A stretch of 64,000 nt of DNA from Eledone cirrhosa (GCA_964016885.1 OZ024753.1:30256001-30320000), one strand, 5' to 3'; counted from the stretch's first letter, positions 1 through 13,097 are shown. Notes: generated from the letters alone by a model not told the origin. Numbers and translations: made by a program.

Positions 1-2214
1 ACATTTCCACCATGTGGTTAGCTCCTGAATAGGTCATTTTAGCTGTGTCTTATGACTTATGAAGGCCACATTTTCACCATGTGGTTAGTTCCTGAATAGG
101 TCATTTTAGCTGTGTCTTATGAATTATAAAGGCCACATTTCCACCATGTGGTTAGCTCCTGAATAGGTCATTTTAGCTGTGTCTTATGAATTATGAAGGC
201 CACATTTCCACCATGTGGTTAGCTCCTGAATAGGTCATTTTAGCTGTGTCTTATGACTTATGAAGGCCACATTTTCACCATGTGGTTAGTTCCTGAATAG
301 GTCATTTTAGCTGTGTCTTATGAATTATAAAGGCCACATTTCCACCATGTGGTTAGCTCCTGAATAGGTCATTTTAGCTGTGTCTTATGAATTATGAAGG
401 CCACATTTCCACCATGTGGTTAGCTCCCGAATAGGTCATTTTAGCTGTGTCTTATGAATTATGAAGGCCACATTTCCACCATGTGGTTAGCTCCTGAATA
501 GGTCATTTTAGCTGTGTCTTATGAATTATGAAGGCCACATTTCCACCATGTGGTTAGCTCCTGAATAGGTCATTTTAGCTGTCTTATGAATTATGAAGGC
601 CACATTTCCACCATGTGGTTAGTTCCTGAATAGGTCATTTTAGCTGTGTCTTATGAATTATGAAGGCCACATTTCCACCATGTGGTTAGCTCCTGAATAG
701 GTCATTTTAGCTGTCTTATGAATTATGAAGGCCACATTTCCACCATGTGGTTAGCTCCTGAATAGGTCATTTTAGCTGTGTCTTATGAATTATGAAGGCC
801 ACATTTCCACCATGTGGTTAGTTCCTGAATAGGTCATTTTAGCTGTGTCTTATGAATTATGAAGGCCACATTTCCACCATGTGGTTAGTTCCTGAATAGG
901 TCATTTTAGTTGTCTTATGAATTATGAAGGCCACATTTCCACCATGTGGTTAGCTCCCGAATAGGTCATTTTAGCTGTGTCTTATGAATTATGAAGGCCA
1001 CATTTCCACCATGTGGTTAGCTCCTGAATAGGTCATTTTAGCTGTGTCTTATGAATTATGAAAGCCACATTTCCACCATGTGGTTAGCTCCTGAATAGGT
1101 CATTTTAGCTGTCTTATGAATTATGAAGGCCACATTTCCACCATGTGGTTAGTTCCTGAATAGGTCATTTTAGCTGTGTCTTATGAATTATGAAGGCCAT
1201 ATTTTCACCATGTGGTTAGCTCCTGAATAGGTCATTTTAGCTGTGTCTTATGAATTATGAAGGCCACATTTCCACCATGTGGTTAGTTCCTGAATAGGTC
1301 ATTTTAGCTGTGTCTTATGAATTATGAAGGCCACATTTCCCCCATGTGGTTAGCTCCTGAATAGGTCATTTTAGCTGTGTCTTATGAATTATGAAGGCCA
1401 CATTTCCACCATGTGGTTAGCTCCTGAATAGGTCATTTTAGCTGTGTCTTATGAATTATGAAAGCCACATTTCCACCATGTGGTTAGCTCCTGAATAGGT
1501 CATTTTAGCTGTCTTATGAATTATGAAGGCCACATTTCCACCATGTGATTAGCTCCTGAATAGGTCATTTTAGCTGTGTCTTATGAATTATGAAGGCCAC
1601 ATTTTCACCATGTGGTTAGCTCCTGAATAGGTCATTTTAGCTGTATCTTATGAATTATGAAGACCACATTTCCACCATGTGGTTAGCTCCTGAATAGGTC
1701 ATTTTAGCTGTGTCTTATGAATTATGAAGACTACATTTCCACCATGTGGTTAGCTCCTGAATAGGTCATTTTAGCTGCGTCTTATGAATTATGAAAGCCA
1801 CATTTCCACCATGTGATTAGCTCCTGAATAGGTCATTTTAGCTGTCTTATGAATTATGAAGGCCACATTTCCACCATGTGGTTAACTCCTGAATAGGTCA
1901 TTTTAGCTGTCTTATGAATTATGAAGGCCACATTTCCACCATGTGGTTAGCTCCTGAATAGGTCATTTTAGCTGTGTCTTATGAATTATGAAGAGCACAT
2001 TTCTACCATGTGGTTAGCTCCTGAATAGGTCATTTTAGCTGTCTTATGAATTATGAAGACCACATTTCCACCATGTGATTAGCTCCTGAATAGGTCATTT
2101 TAGCTGTCTTATGAATTATGAAGGCCACATTTCCACCATGTGGTTAGCTCCTGAATAGGTCATTTTAGCTGTGTCTTATGAATTATGAAGGCCACATTTT
2201 CACCATGTGGTTAG
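1..2214. repeat. 67-bp tandem satellite (~33 copies, runs off window start)
   Basis: Unit CCACATTTCCACCATGTGGTTAGCTCCTGAATAGGTCATTTTAGCTGTGTCTTATGAATTATGAAGG; 65-bp variants lack one GT. Confidence 0.97.
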
Positions 2215-2333
2215 GACAATGTTTATGTCCTAATCTATTGAATTTGTTCAGGTTGTCCAATTTCCACTGCAGCTATGAAGCCATGATTCTCCATGTTATC
2301 AGGCAGTTGTCATATTTTGAGGATGTCCCAATT

Positions 2334-2572
2334 GAGGTGTGTGGCTTACTAGTTAGAGAGTTGGATTCGCAATCGTGAGGTTGCGAGTTCAATTCTTGTA
2401 CCAGGTGTTGTGTCCTTCAGCAAGACACTTTATTTCACATTGCTCTTTCTGCCAGGAGTTTTGAATGGTAGATATTATCAGCAATGGAAAGTCCAATGGA
2501 AACATTGTTTCCTTGGTCCGATTTGATGAGGTCCATCCCACTTGGCAAGCGAATGAAGTCTGGGATCAGAGT
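2334..2572 (+). mobile_element. tRNA-derived SINE head joined to an unclassified ~130-bp dispersed repeat
   Basis: A-box-like TGGCTTACTAG, B-box-like GAGTTCAATTC, then TGTGTCCTTCAGCAAGACACTTTATTTCAC. The downstream segment recurs at 19010-19130 (+) and 25520-25605 (-). Confidence 0.65.
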
Positions 2573-2886
2573 GAACTATTGAGGTGTGTGGAAAGGGGTT
2601 AATCTGAAGCAGATAGCAAAGGTTTTCTCACCTCTCATAAACAGGCCCTTTCAAAGGAATTTGTACATTTAGAGGTTTCCTGAAATCGAAGATGTAATTC
2701 ACACCAGAAGTGGTGAATGTCAGCTAAATATTCACAGATACATGCTTCATTTCAGCACAATTACTTCACAATAACTTGCACTACTTTTATCAGACATATG
2801 CTTTGGCATAGGCATAGACATCTGCAGGAATGTTTACCGAAACTAAAGGTACATATACAGAACAGAGCTGAATAAAAACCTGATAA

Positions 2887-2925
2887 ATGCCAGCAGAAAT
2901 GATTGCACATTTAAACAAATCAGAA
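2887..2925 (+). other. Candidate short exon (MPAEMIAHLNKSE, phase 0)
   Basis: Unique-sequence island; ATG in AAATG context; strong donor GAA|GTGAGT at 2926. Confidence 0.25.
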
Positions 2926-3029
2926 GTGAGTGGGGTTTTGCAAGTAATTTTGGTCTCTATCTTTTTATTTAATTCCAAATTCTCAATAGGTGCATATAAT
3001 GGTTTCTTATCTGTGTGTGACTATAAAAG

Positions 3030-3060
<31 letters not shown>

Positions 3061-4844
3061 CTATCTATCTATCTATATATACACACACCTACCTGTTTGT
3101 CTCTGTTTCAATTATTGTATGTCTATATATACAGACGGGCAAACAGACAGACTCAAATACATATAACCAGTTACAAATACAATCTAAAAAACGATTATCT
3201 TCCCCCATTTTGATATACTCACACTCCCTACTACCATCTTTCAGTGCCTTATGTCAACGTCAATTGAAAACAATTCTTCCTCTAGCCAACTCATCAAAAA
3301 ATATATATACTGTACATATAAAAAGAAACATACTGATAATCATTAGTGATGCAGTTCACCATCTCATGTTCATTAACTCAATACAATTAGGACCATATAA
3401 TTTCCTTTATGTTCATTGACCTTTTACAAATATATTCTCACACAACATCACCCACACATACTGAGCATGCTATACGCTTTAATATGATGTTACCTGATCA
3501 CATTAACAGCTTAGTCCAGCCAGCCTTCTTTAACACTTACCTCAGGAAATTTAATACATACACACTACTAACTAATGAATTAGAAAATACAAACAACTTA
3601 ATATGATATTGGTTAAACAGTTTCTCACTATATATATCACCAGATATGTATATTTTCCTTGTTCAACTTGACGTTTAAGCTGTGACCACCCTATTTTATG
3701 TTCTGGTATATTATATTATATTCAGGTCTAATTCATTCAATATATTCGTTGATTATTTTTTAAGATAGCAGGATTAACTTTGAAAGAGATTTGGCTGCTA
3801 ATTTTTGCACATCAATCCACTGTTTAGAGGCTGTTTTGAGTCCATCTTTTTCTGCCTCTACTATGGACACCACTGGAATCTATAGACAAATAGAAATAGA
3901 CTAGATCAAAGGTGGGAACCTTTTTATATCGAGAGGCCACATTAAATTACTTGTAATATAATAAGTCACATTCAAGAAACTATAACTATATATTCTTAAA
4001 CTTTTGATAATCACTAGTATACTAAATTCCTGCAGGTTTTCACTGACCAGCCTCGGGTGACAGTGCCTCCAGTCAAGCAGGAATTTAATGTACATTCTAG
4101 AATCACATTAGAACTAAAACACCAGCATTGAAAGTGTTGAAATGGTCCTTATGACCTACTAATGTTTTAATTCTGGCTGTCCGTCAGTGTATATTATTTT
4201 GTTGAATTTTCTTTTACTCTTTGGTATTTAAAATATGTTCATCTTATGGTTTAAATTAATATAATAACAGATAGACAAAAAATATTAATAAAAATTAAAA
4301 ATTTGCTGGAAATTTTTGAGTCTTTCAAAAGGCCGCACAGAATGGCATATAAGGCTGCAGATTCCCCCTCTCTGGACTAGATAATGGAAAGTCCAAATTG
4401 TGTGTTCAGGGCTGGATGTCTTTTTGAAGCACTTAGATGAGGATGTTGCTAATATATAAAGTCTGCAAAAAAAACCCCCAAAAAACATGGTGGGAGGGAG
4501 AATGATAAATACATTTAATTTAAAGAAAATACTGCTCTCCTTCCTTTGCTGCCTTAAGTATCAACCTATTTTGCATAAGGGTTAATTCTGCTCCATGTGT
4601 GTTTCTGTAGAGATTATTTTTCGTCTATTAGTTCTTAATTCTTAGAACCCTACACCTTTGTAAAATTAACAATTTAGACAAAAAACAAACAAACAAACAA
4701 ACAAAAAACAGTAAAAAGTTCTCTGCTAAACTTGAGAAAATCTTGCATATTTTTATTGTTCTGCTTACAACTTGATTCTGCAGAATGTATGTTAGTTAGT
4801 ATGTTTGTTTTTTATTGCTTGAACACATGAATATTTCAAGATTG

Positions 4845-5009
4845 CTATTAGGAAGGGAATCCAACCAAGGAAATAATCTGAAATAATGGAATGTATGCAC
4901 AAGATGTGATTCCCCCGACCGATTTAATTACAGGTTGTGATGACCCATCTAATCCATGCCAGCATGTAAAGCAGACATGAAATGATGATGATGGTGATGG
5001 TGATGATGC

Positions 5010-5088
<79 letters not shown>

Positions 5089-5110
5089 TGTGACTGTGAG
5101 ACTGTGTGTG
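4845..5110 (+). mobile_element. RTE-tail SINE/LINE 3' remnant followed by (TG)n
   Basis: GGAAGGGAATCCAACC...CCATGCCAGCATGTAAAGCAGACATGAAATGATGATG resembles the RTE 3' end at 45045-45184. Confidence 0.7.
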
Positions 5111-5654
5111 TCTGCTTAATATAACTACCTGATAAATATACTAAAGCTCAACTAATTCAAGATATATCAATTTTGTACTCTTTCTTCTTTTTTTGCTAAA
5201 AACTAAAATCTATGTCACAAACTCAATGCTGTAATATTTTCTCAATATTTCTAATTAATATCTTCGGAAATAATTATAGGTATAAGTGATTAAGAATTAG
5301 TTTTAAAACATTAATCCCTGTGTCTTCATAATCTATCTGGTGGCAACTAATTAAATACTACTAGGTTTGATTGGTGAAACTATTTACAGAGATGTGTACA
5401 GGGGCATGGTGGGTGGAGGGTAGTAATATTCTTGCTAAGCTGTTCTATATTTGTTAAATAATTCAGATATATTCATTGCTTCTCATGTTGGTGGTATATT
5501 AACATTGCTTAGTATTATGTATTTTAGTACCAACTAGACAAAAATGGTACCTCCCCACCACAAAAACCTTCCCAAATTCCTGAACTGTATAGGTGCCAGT
5601 ATAGACGTGTGTTTAAGAAGTTTTCTCTAGGACCATATGGTATAGGTGCTGGTA

Positions 5655-5868
5655 TTTAACTCAGCTGTATCCTGCTAGAATTCTCTCACCTCTTTCTGTT
5701 CAAACTGGCTGTAACCGGCCACTCATACTGATGTTAAGATATTGTTCTCAAAATAAATAAATATCAAAATCTCATAGATTCGATATTATGTGAGATAATT
5801 CTGAGGTAAAGCTTTTACTGTGAAAATGCAATAGTAAATTCAGAGTAATGTAAATGATAAAAGGTTAA
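5655..5868 (-). mobile_element. piggyBac-type TTAA MITE (family A)
   Basis: Homologous to 30035-30250; ends GTAATGTAAATGATAAAAGG-TTAA. Confidence 0.85.
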
Positions 5869-8800
5869 GGAGTTCACTACATGTTATAGGTGCTGGTATA
5901 GATGTGTGTTTAAGGAGTTCCTCTAGACCTACATATTATAGGTGCGAGTATAGATGTGTTTAAGGAGTCCCTCTAGACCTACATGTTATAGGTGCGAGTA
6001 TAGATGTGTGTTTAAGGAGTTCCTCTAGACCTACATGTTATAGGTGCGAGTATAGATGTGTGTTTAAGGAGTTCCTCTAGACCTACATGTTATAGGTGCG
6101 AGTATAGATGTGTGTTTAAGGAGTTCCTCTAGACCTACATGTTATAGGTGCGAGTATAGATGTGTGTTTAAGGAGTTCCTCTAGACCTACATGTTATAGG
6201 TGCTGGTATAGATGTGTGTTTAAGGAGTTCCTCTAGACCTACATGTTATAGGTGCGAGTATAGATGTGTGTTTAAGGAGTTCCTCTAGACCAACATGTTA
6301 TAGGTGCGAGTATAGATGTGTGTTTAAGGAGTTCCTCTAGACCTACATGTTATAGGTGCTGGTATAGATGTGTGTTTAAGGAGGTCCTCTAGACCTACAT
6401 GTTATAGGTGCCTGTATAGATGTGTGTTTAAGGAGTTCCTCTAGACCTACATGTTATAGTTGCTGGTATAGATGTGTTTAAGGAGTTCCTCTAGACCTAC
6501 ATGTTATAGGTGCTGGTATAGATGTATTTAAGGAGTTCCTCTAGACCTACATGTTATAGGTGCGAGTATAGATGTGTTTAAGGAGTTCCTCTAGACCATG
6601 TTATAGGTGCTGGTATAGATGTGTGTTTAAGGAGTTCCTCTAGACCTACATGTTATAGGTGCTGGTATAGATGTGTGTTTAAGGAGTTCCTCTAAACCTA
6701 CATGTTATAGGTGCTGGTATAGATGTGTTTAAGGAGTTCCTCTAGACCTACATGTTATAGGTGCTGGTATAGATGTGTTTAAGGAGTTCCTCTAGACCTA
6801 CATGTTATAGGTGCGAGTATAGATGTGTTTAAGGAGTTCCTCTAGACCTACATGTTATAGGTGCGAGTATAGATGTGTGTTTAAGGAGTTCCTCTAGACC
6901 TACATGTTATAGGTGCGAGTATAGATGTGTGTTTAAGGAGTTCCTCTAGATCTACATGTTATAGGTGCGAGTATAGATGTGTGTTTAAGGAGTTCCTCTA
7001 GACCTACATGTTATAGGTGCTGGTATAGATGTGTTTAAGGAGTTCCTCTAGACCTACATGTTATAGGTGCGAGTATAGATGTGTGTTTAAGGGGTTCCTC
7101 TAGACCTACATGTTATAGGTGCTGGTATAGATGTGTGTTTAAGGAGTTCCTCTAGACCTACATGTTATAGGTGCTGGTATAGATGTGTGTTTAAGGAGTT
7201 CCTCTAGACCTACATGTAATAGGTGCTGGTATAGATGTGTGTTTAAGGAGTCCCTCTAGACCTACATGTTATAGGTCCTGGTATAGATGTGTGTTTAAGG
7301 AGTTCCTCTAGACCTACATGTTATAGGTGCTGGTATAGATGTGTGTTTAAGGAGTTCCTCTAGACCTACATGTTATAGGTGCGAGTATAGATGTGTTTAA
7401 GGAGTTCCTCTAGACCTACATGTTATAGGTGCGAGTATAGATATGTTTAAGGAGTCCCTCTAGACCTACATGTTATAGGTGCGAGTATAGATGTGTGTTT
7501 AAGGAGTCCCTCTAGACCTACATGTTATAGGTGCGAGTATAGATGTGTGTTTAAGGAGTCCCTCTAGACCTACATGTTATAGGTGCTGGTATAGATGTGT
7601 GTTTAAGGAGTTCCTCTAGACCTACATGTTATAGGTGCGAGTATAGATTTGTGTTTAAGGAGTTCCTCTAGACCTACATGTTATAGGTGCGAGTATAGAT
7701 GTGTTTAAGGAGTTCCTCTAGACCTACATGTTATAGGTGCGAGTATAGATGTGTGTTTAAGGAGTCCCTCTAGACCTACATGTTATAGGTGCGAGTATAG
7801 ATGTGTGTTTAAGGAGTTCCTCTAGACCTACATGTTATAGGTGCGAGTATAGATGTGTGTTTAAGGAGTCCCTCTAGACCTACATGTTATAGGTGCTGGT
7901 ATAGATGTGTGTTTAAGGAGTTCCTCTAGACCTACATGTTATAGGTGCGAGTATAGATGTGTTTAAGGAGTTCCTCTAGACCTACATGTTATAGGTGCTG
8001 GTATAGATGTGTGTTTAAGGAGTTCCTCTAGAACTACATGTTATAGGTGCCAGTATAGATGTGTGTTTAAGGAGTTCCTCTAGACCTACATGTTATAGGT
8101 GCGAGTATAGATGTGTTTTTAAGGAGTTCCTCTAGACCTACATGTTATAGGTGCTGGTATAGATGTGTTTAAGGAGTTCCTCTACACCTACATGTTATAG
8201 GTGCTGGTATAGATGTGTGTTTAAGGAGTTCCTCTAGACCTACATGTTATAGGTGCGAGTATAGATGTGTTTAAGGAGTTCCTCTAGACCTACATGTTAT
8301 AGGTGCGAGTATAGATGTGTGTTTAAGGAGTTCCTCTAGACCTACATGTGATAGGTGCTGGTATAGATGTCTGTTTAAGGAGTTCCTCTAGACCTACATG
8401 TTATAGGTGCGAGTATAGATGTGTTTAAGGAGTTCCTCTAGACCTACATGTTATAGGTGCGAGTATAGATGTGTGTTTAAGGAGTTCCTCTAGACCTACA
8501 TGTGATAGGTGCTGGTATAGAAGTGTGTTTACGGAGTTCCTCTAGACCTACATGTTATAGGTGCGAGTATAGATGTGTTTAAGGAGTTCCTCTAGACCTA
8601 CATGTTATAGGTGCGAGTATAGATGTGTTTAAGGAGTTCCTCTAGACCTACATGTTATAGGTGCTGGTATAGATGTGTGTTTAAGGAGTTCTTCTAGAAC
8701 TACATGTTATAGGTGCCAGTATAGATGTGTGTTTAAGGAGTTCCTCTAGACCTACATGTTATAGGTGCTGGTATAGATGTGTGTTTAAGGAGTTCCTCTA

Positions 8801-10738
8801 GACCTACATGTTATAGGTGCAAGTATAGATGTGTGTTTAAGGAGTTCCTCTAGACCTACATGTTATAGGTGCTGCTATAGATGTGTTTAAGGAGTTCCTC
8901 TAGACCTACATGTTATAGGTGCGAGTATAGATGTGTTTAAGGAGTTCCTCTAGACCTACATGTTATAGGTGCTGCTATAGATGTGTTTAAGGAGTTCCTC
9001 TAGACCTACATGTTATAGGTGCGAGTATAGATGTGTGTTTAAGGAGTTCCTCTAGACCTACATGTGATAGGTGCTGGTATAGATGTGTGTTTAAGGAGTT
9101 CCTCTAGACCTACATGTTATAGGTGCGAGTATAGATGTGTTTAAGGAGTTCCTCTAGACCTACATGTTATAGGTGCGAGTATAGATGTGTTTAAGGAGTT
9201 CCTCTAGACCTACATGTTATAGGTGCTGGTATAGATGTGTGTTTAAGGAGTTCCTCTAGAACTACATGTTATAGGTGCCAGTATAGATGTGTGTTTAAGG
9301 AGTTCCTCTAGACCTACATGTTATAGGTGCTGGTATAGATGTGTGTTTAAGGAGTTCCTCTAGACCTACATGTTATAGGTGCAAGTATAGATGTGTGTTT
9401 AAGGAGTTCCTCTAGACCTACATGTTATAGGTGCTGGTATAGATGTGTGTTTAAGGAGTTCTTCTAGAACTACATGTTATAGGTGCCAGTATAGATGTGT
9501 GTTTAAGGAGTTCCTCTAGACCTACATGTTATAGGTGCTGGTATAGATGTGTGTTTAAGGAGTTCCTCTAGACCTACATGTTATAGGTGCGAGTATAGAT
9601 GTGTGTTTAAGGAGTTCCTCTAGACCTACATGTTATAGGTGCGAGTATAGATGTGTTTAAGGAGTTCCTCTAGACCTACATGTTATAGGTGCGAGTATAG
9701 ATGTGTTTAAGGAGTTCCTCTAGACCTACATGTTATAGGTGCGAGTATAGATGTGTGTTTAAGGAGTTCCTCTAGACCTACATGTGATAGGTGCTGGTAT
9801 AGATGTGTGTTTAAGGAGTTCCTCTAGACCTACATGTTATAGGTGCGAGTATAGATGTGTTTAAGGAGTTCCTCTAGACCTACATGTTATAGGTGCGAGT
9901 ATAGATGTGTTTAAGGAGTTCCTCTAGACCTACATGTTATAGGTGCTGGTATAGATGTGTGTTTAAGGAGTTCCTCTAGAACTACATGTTATAGGTGCCA
10001 GTATAGATGTGTGTTTAAGGAGTTCCTCTAGACCTACATGTTATAGGTGCGAGTATAGATGTGTGTTTAAGGAGTCCCTCTAGACCTACATGTTATAGGT
10101 GCTGGTATAGATGTGTGTTTAAGGAGTTCCTCTAGAACTACATGTTATAGGTGCCAGTATAGATGTGTGTTTAAGGAGTTCCTCTAGACCTACATGTTAT
10201 AGGTGCGAGTATAGATGTGTGTTTAAGGAGTCCCTCTAGACCTACATGTTATAGGTGCGAGTATAGATGTGTGTTTAAGGAGTTCCTCTAGACCTACATG
10301 TTATAAGTGCGAGTATAGATGTGTTTAAGGAGTTCCTCTAGACCTACATGTTATAGGTGCTGGTATAGATGTGTGTTTAAGGAGTTCCTCTAGACCTACA
10401 TGTTATAGGTGCGAGTATAGATGTGTGTTTAAGGAGTTCCTCTAGACCTACATGCTATAGGTGCTGGTATAGATGTGTGTTTAAGGAGTTCCTCTAGACC
10501 TACATGTTATAGGTGCTATTATAGATGTGTGTTTAAGGAGTTCCTCTAGACCTACATGTTATAGGTGCGAGTATAGATGTGTTTAAGGAGTTCCTCTAGA
10601 CCTACATGTTATAGGTGCTGGTATAGATGTGTGTTTAAGGAGTTCCTCTAGACCTACATGTTATAGGTGCGAGTATAGATGTGTGTTTAAGGAGTCCCTC
10701 TAGACCTACATGTTATAGGTGCTGGTATAGATGTGTGT
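5869..10738. repeat. 52-bp tandem satellite (~95 copies)
   Basis: Unit GACCTACATGTTATAGGTGCGAGTATAGATGTGTGTTTAAGGAGTTCCTCTA; 50-bp variants occur; degenerate units at 5589-5655 and 11170-11250. Confidence 0.97.
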
Positions 10739-10860
10739 TTAACCCTTTAGTATTTACATTACTCTATATATACTGTTGTATTTTTACAGTAAACACTTTA
10801 CCTCACATAACTATCTCATATAATATCGAATCTATGAGATTTTGATATTATTTATTTATT
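10739..10860 (+). mobile_element. MITE family A, truncated
   Basis: TTAA-CCCTTTAGTATTTACATTAC start inside a satellite unit; ends where the LINE fragment begins. Confidence 0.85.
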
Positions 10861-11171
10861 CACTTGGTTGCACATCTCTGAACAGTTTCCAGGCGGTCAA
10901 TGTTCTGAGCAAGATACGGGTTCCAGACTGGTGATGCAAATTCTAAGTGTGGCCGCACCATAGCCATGTACAGCTTTAAATAGATAGCTGGAGAGTGGCT
11001 GACAAAGGTCTTGCTGAGTGATGCTAAGACACCATCGGCCCTCTTGACAATTTTAGAGACGTGCTTCGTCCAAAGCAAATCGCTGCTGACTGTAATGCCC
11101 TGGTCACATTCACAAGAAGACTTCTTGATATTAGTGCTGTGGAGTATGTGGACACATCCTTCTAAGACCAC
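10860..11171 (-). pseudogene. CR1/L2-group LINE ORF2 fragment (C-terminal part of RT region)
   Basis: GITVSSDLLWTKHVSKIVKRA...LYMAMVRPHLEFASPVWNPY...IDRLETVQRCATK is a typical CR1-clade post-RT motif. Confidence 0.85.
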
Positions 11172-11624
11172 ATGGTATAGATGTGTGTTTAAGGAGTTCC
11201 CTGCATGGTATAGGTGCTGGTTTAGAGGTGTTTAAGTAGTTCACTGTATGGTACTCTCCAAAGTAATGCTAAATAGTTCACTTAATAAATATAAACAATT
11301 ATATTTGTTCACATGGGAAAATATAATTGTTTTTAGAATAAATAACATGAAAAATAGTGTTGACATGTTTGATACATGGAGGAAGAAAAACCTATCTAGA
11401 AGTTAATAAATATACAGTGAGTAAAGGAAAAAGATATTTGTCAATGACTAATATCTGTTAGTATGGGAAAATGTTAAACAACAACAACAATAATGACAAC
11501 AACAACAATAATAATAATAATGATTTCTGACTTTAACACAAAGTTATAAGTTTATAAAGGAGGTGTAGATTTTTTTAAACTCTTATTTTGTTGACCTTGG
11601 AGTGAGGAAGTTACAGTGAAACCT

Positions 11625-11849
11625 TTATCCTTTAGCATATAAACTGGCCATATCCGGCTAGAATTCTCTCACCTCTCTCTCTTCAAACCAGCCATAACCT
11701 GACACTCATACTGATATTAAGGTATTATTCTCAAAATAGATATCAAAATTTCATAGCTTCGATATTATGTGGGATAATTATGTGAGCTAAAGCCTTTACT
11801 ATGAAAATATAATAGTATATATAAAGTAATGTGAATGCTAAAGGGTTAA
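11625..11849 (-). mobile_element. MITE family A
   Basis: Both TIRs present; ends TGCTAAAGGG-TTAA. Confidence 0.85.
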
Positions 11850-12199
11850 AAAAAAAAATACCCCCAAAATGCTGTATGTCACTGTGGTACCACTACAACT
11901 CCAGCAAGAGTTACAGGGTCCATACATATATATATATATACAGATATACATTCATAGCAGTAACATTACAACAAACTATAGTAACTAATTTCTTTCCTCA
12001 GCAATTAACCTTCTTCAATTTTTGTTGTTTTTGTAAGAGAAATAACTTTTTGTATTTCTATTTCATACCCAAGTTAGCATGGAAAATGGACGTTAAACGA
12101 TGATGATGATGATGATGATTAAATCTTACAAAATGAAAATATAAACAAAAATAATAAATATAATTAATTATTGCTAATTAATAACATAAAAACAGAATG

Positions 12200-12520
12200 T
12201 TAGTACCATTTATTTTATCAAATTTGGCCGGTCTGTTTGTGGTCTCATTTGAACTTCTTCTTTACCCACTTATTCCTGAGAGGGTCGTGGGGACAGAGTC
12301 CTCAAACACTCCTTCTAGCTGGTCCTGTCAGAAACAACTGTCTCCAACTGATCCAGCTGGATCCCCAAGCGTTGTCAGTCAAGCTCATGGATGTTATCCA
12401 ACTATCTTGCTCAGAGTCTACCCCTGGGTCTCTTGATGGTTGGTTTTGCCCATAAAATCTGTCCTGCGATTCTTTCCTGAGACATTCTAATCACATGCCC
12501 ATAGAATCAGAGCTGAGATG
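12200..12520 (-). pseudogene. RTE LINE 3' fragment, decayed
   Basis: Minus strand reads YGHVIRMSQERIAGQILWAKPTIKRPRGR...LDNIHEL; related to 36770-36925. Confidence 0.7.
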
Positions 12521-12627
12521 TTAGTGCTAAGAGAGGGGCTGAGCTGTCAACTGATCACCACTTAGATAGAAACTTGAAATATGAAATATAGGTAAAATCT
12601 AAACAGCAAACATGAAGCTGCAGCATT

Positions 12628-12808
12628 TGGCAGTATCGGTAGAGGGTCGGACGCCATGCTTTGATGCATAGAGTTACGGCCCTTGCCATTCTGAGTTCAA
12701 ATCCCGCCGAGGTTAACTTTGCCTTTCATCCTAACGGGGTCGATAAAATAAAGTACCAGTAATACACTGGGTAATTGCTGGCCTTGTGCCAAAAGTAGAA
12801 ACAATTAT
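12628..12808 (+). mobile_element. tRNA-derived SINE with Meta-domain-like core
   Basis: A-box TGGCAGTATCGG, B-box GAGTTCAAATC, core GGTTAACTTTGCCTTTCATCCT..GGGGTCGATAAAATAAAGTACCAG, (ATT)n tail. Confidence 0.88.
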
Positions 12809-12972
12809 GTTGTAACTAACTTGACACTATCCAGTTAACTGATCTTGAGTAGCCTCCCTTTATTACCACGTTTCTCTGCTAATTATTAATTTGTGTGTTG
12901 TTTCTCAACATATCTCTTAGCTTCCTTTTAAAGCTGTACACTACAGCTTCGTTCACACACACACACACACAC

Positions 12973-13027
<55 letters not shown>

Positions 13028-13054
13028 TATCCATATATGGGTAAGACATATGTA

Positions 13055-13097
<43 letters not shown>

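Noticed and set aside
2510-2572. Possible HDV-like or hammerhead ribozyme (TGATGAG...GCGAATG; CTGATGAG near 19088)
   Set aside because: I could not build the P1-P4 pseudoknot or find GAAA with matching stems.
5869-10738. CRISPR-like regular repeats (also 1-2214 and 34620-35293)
   Set aside because: No unique spacers and no cas genes; eukaryotic tandem satellites.
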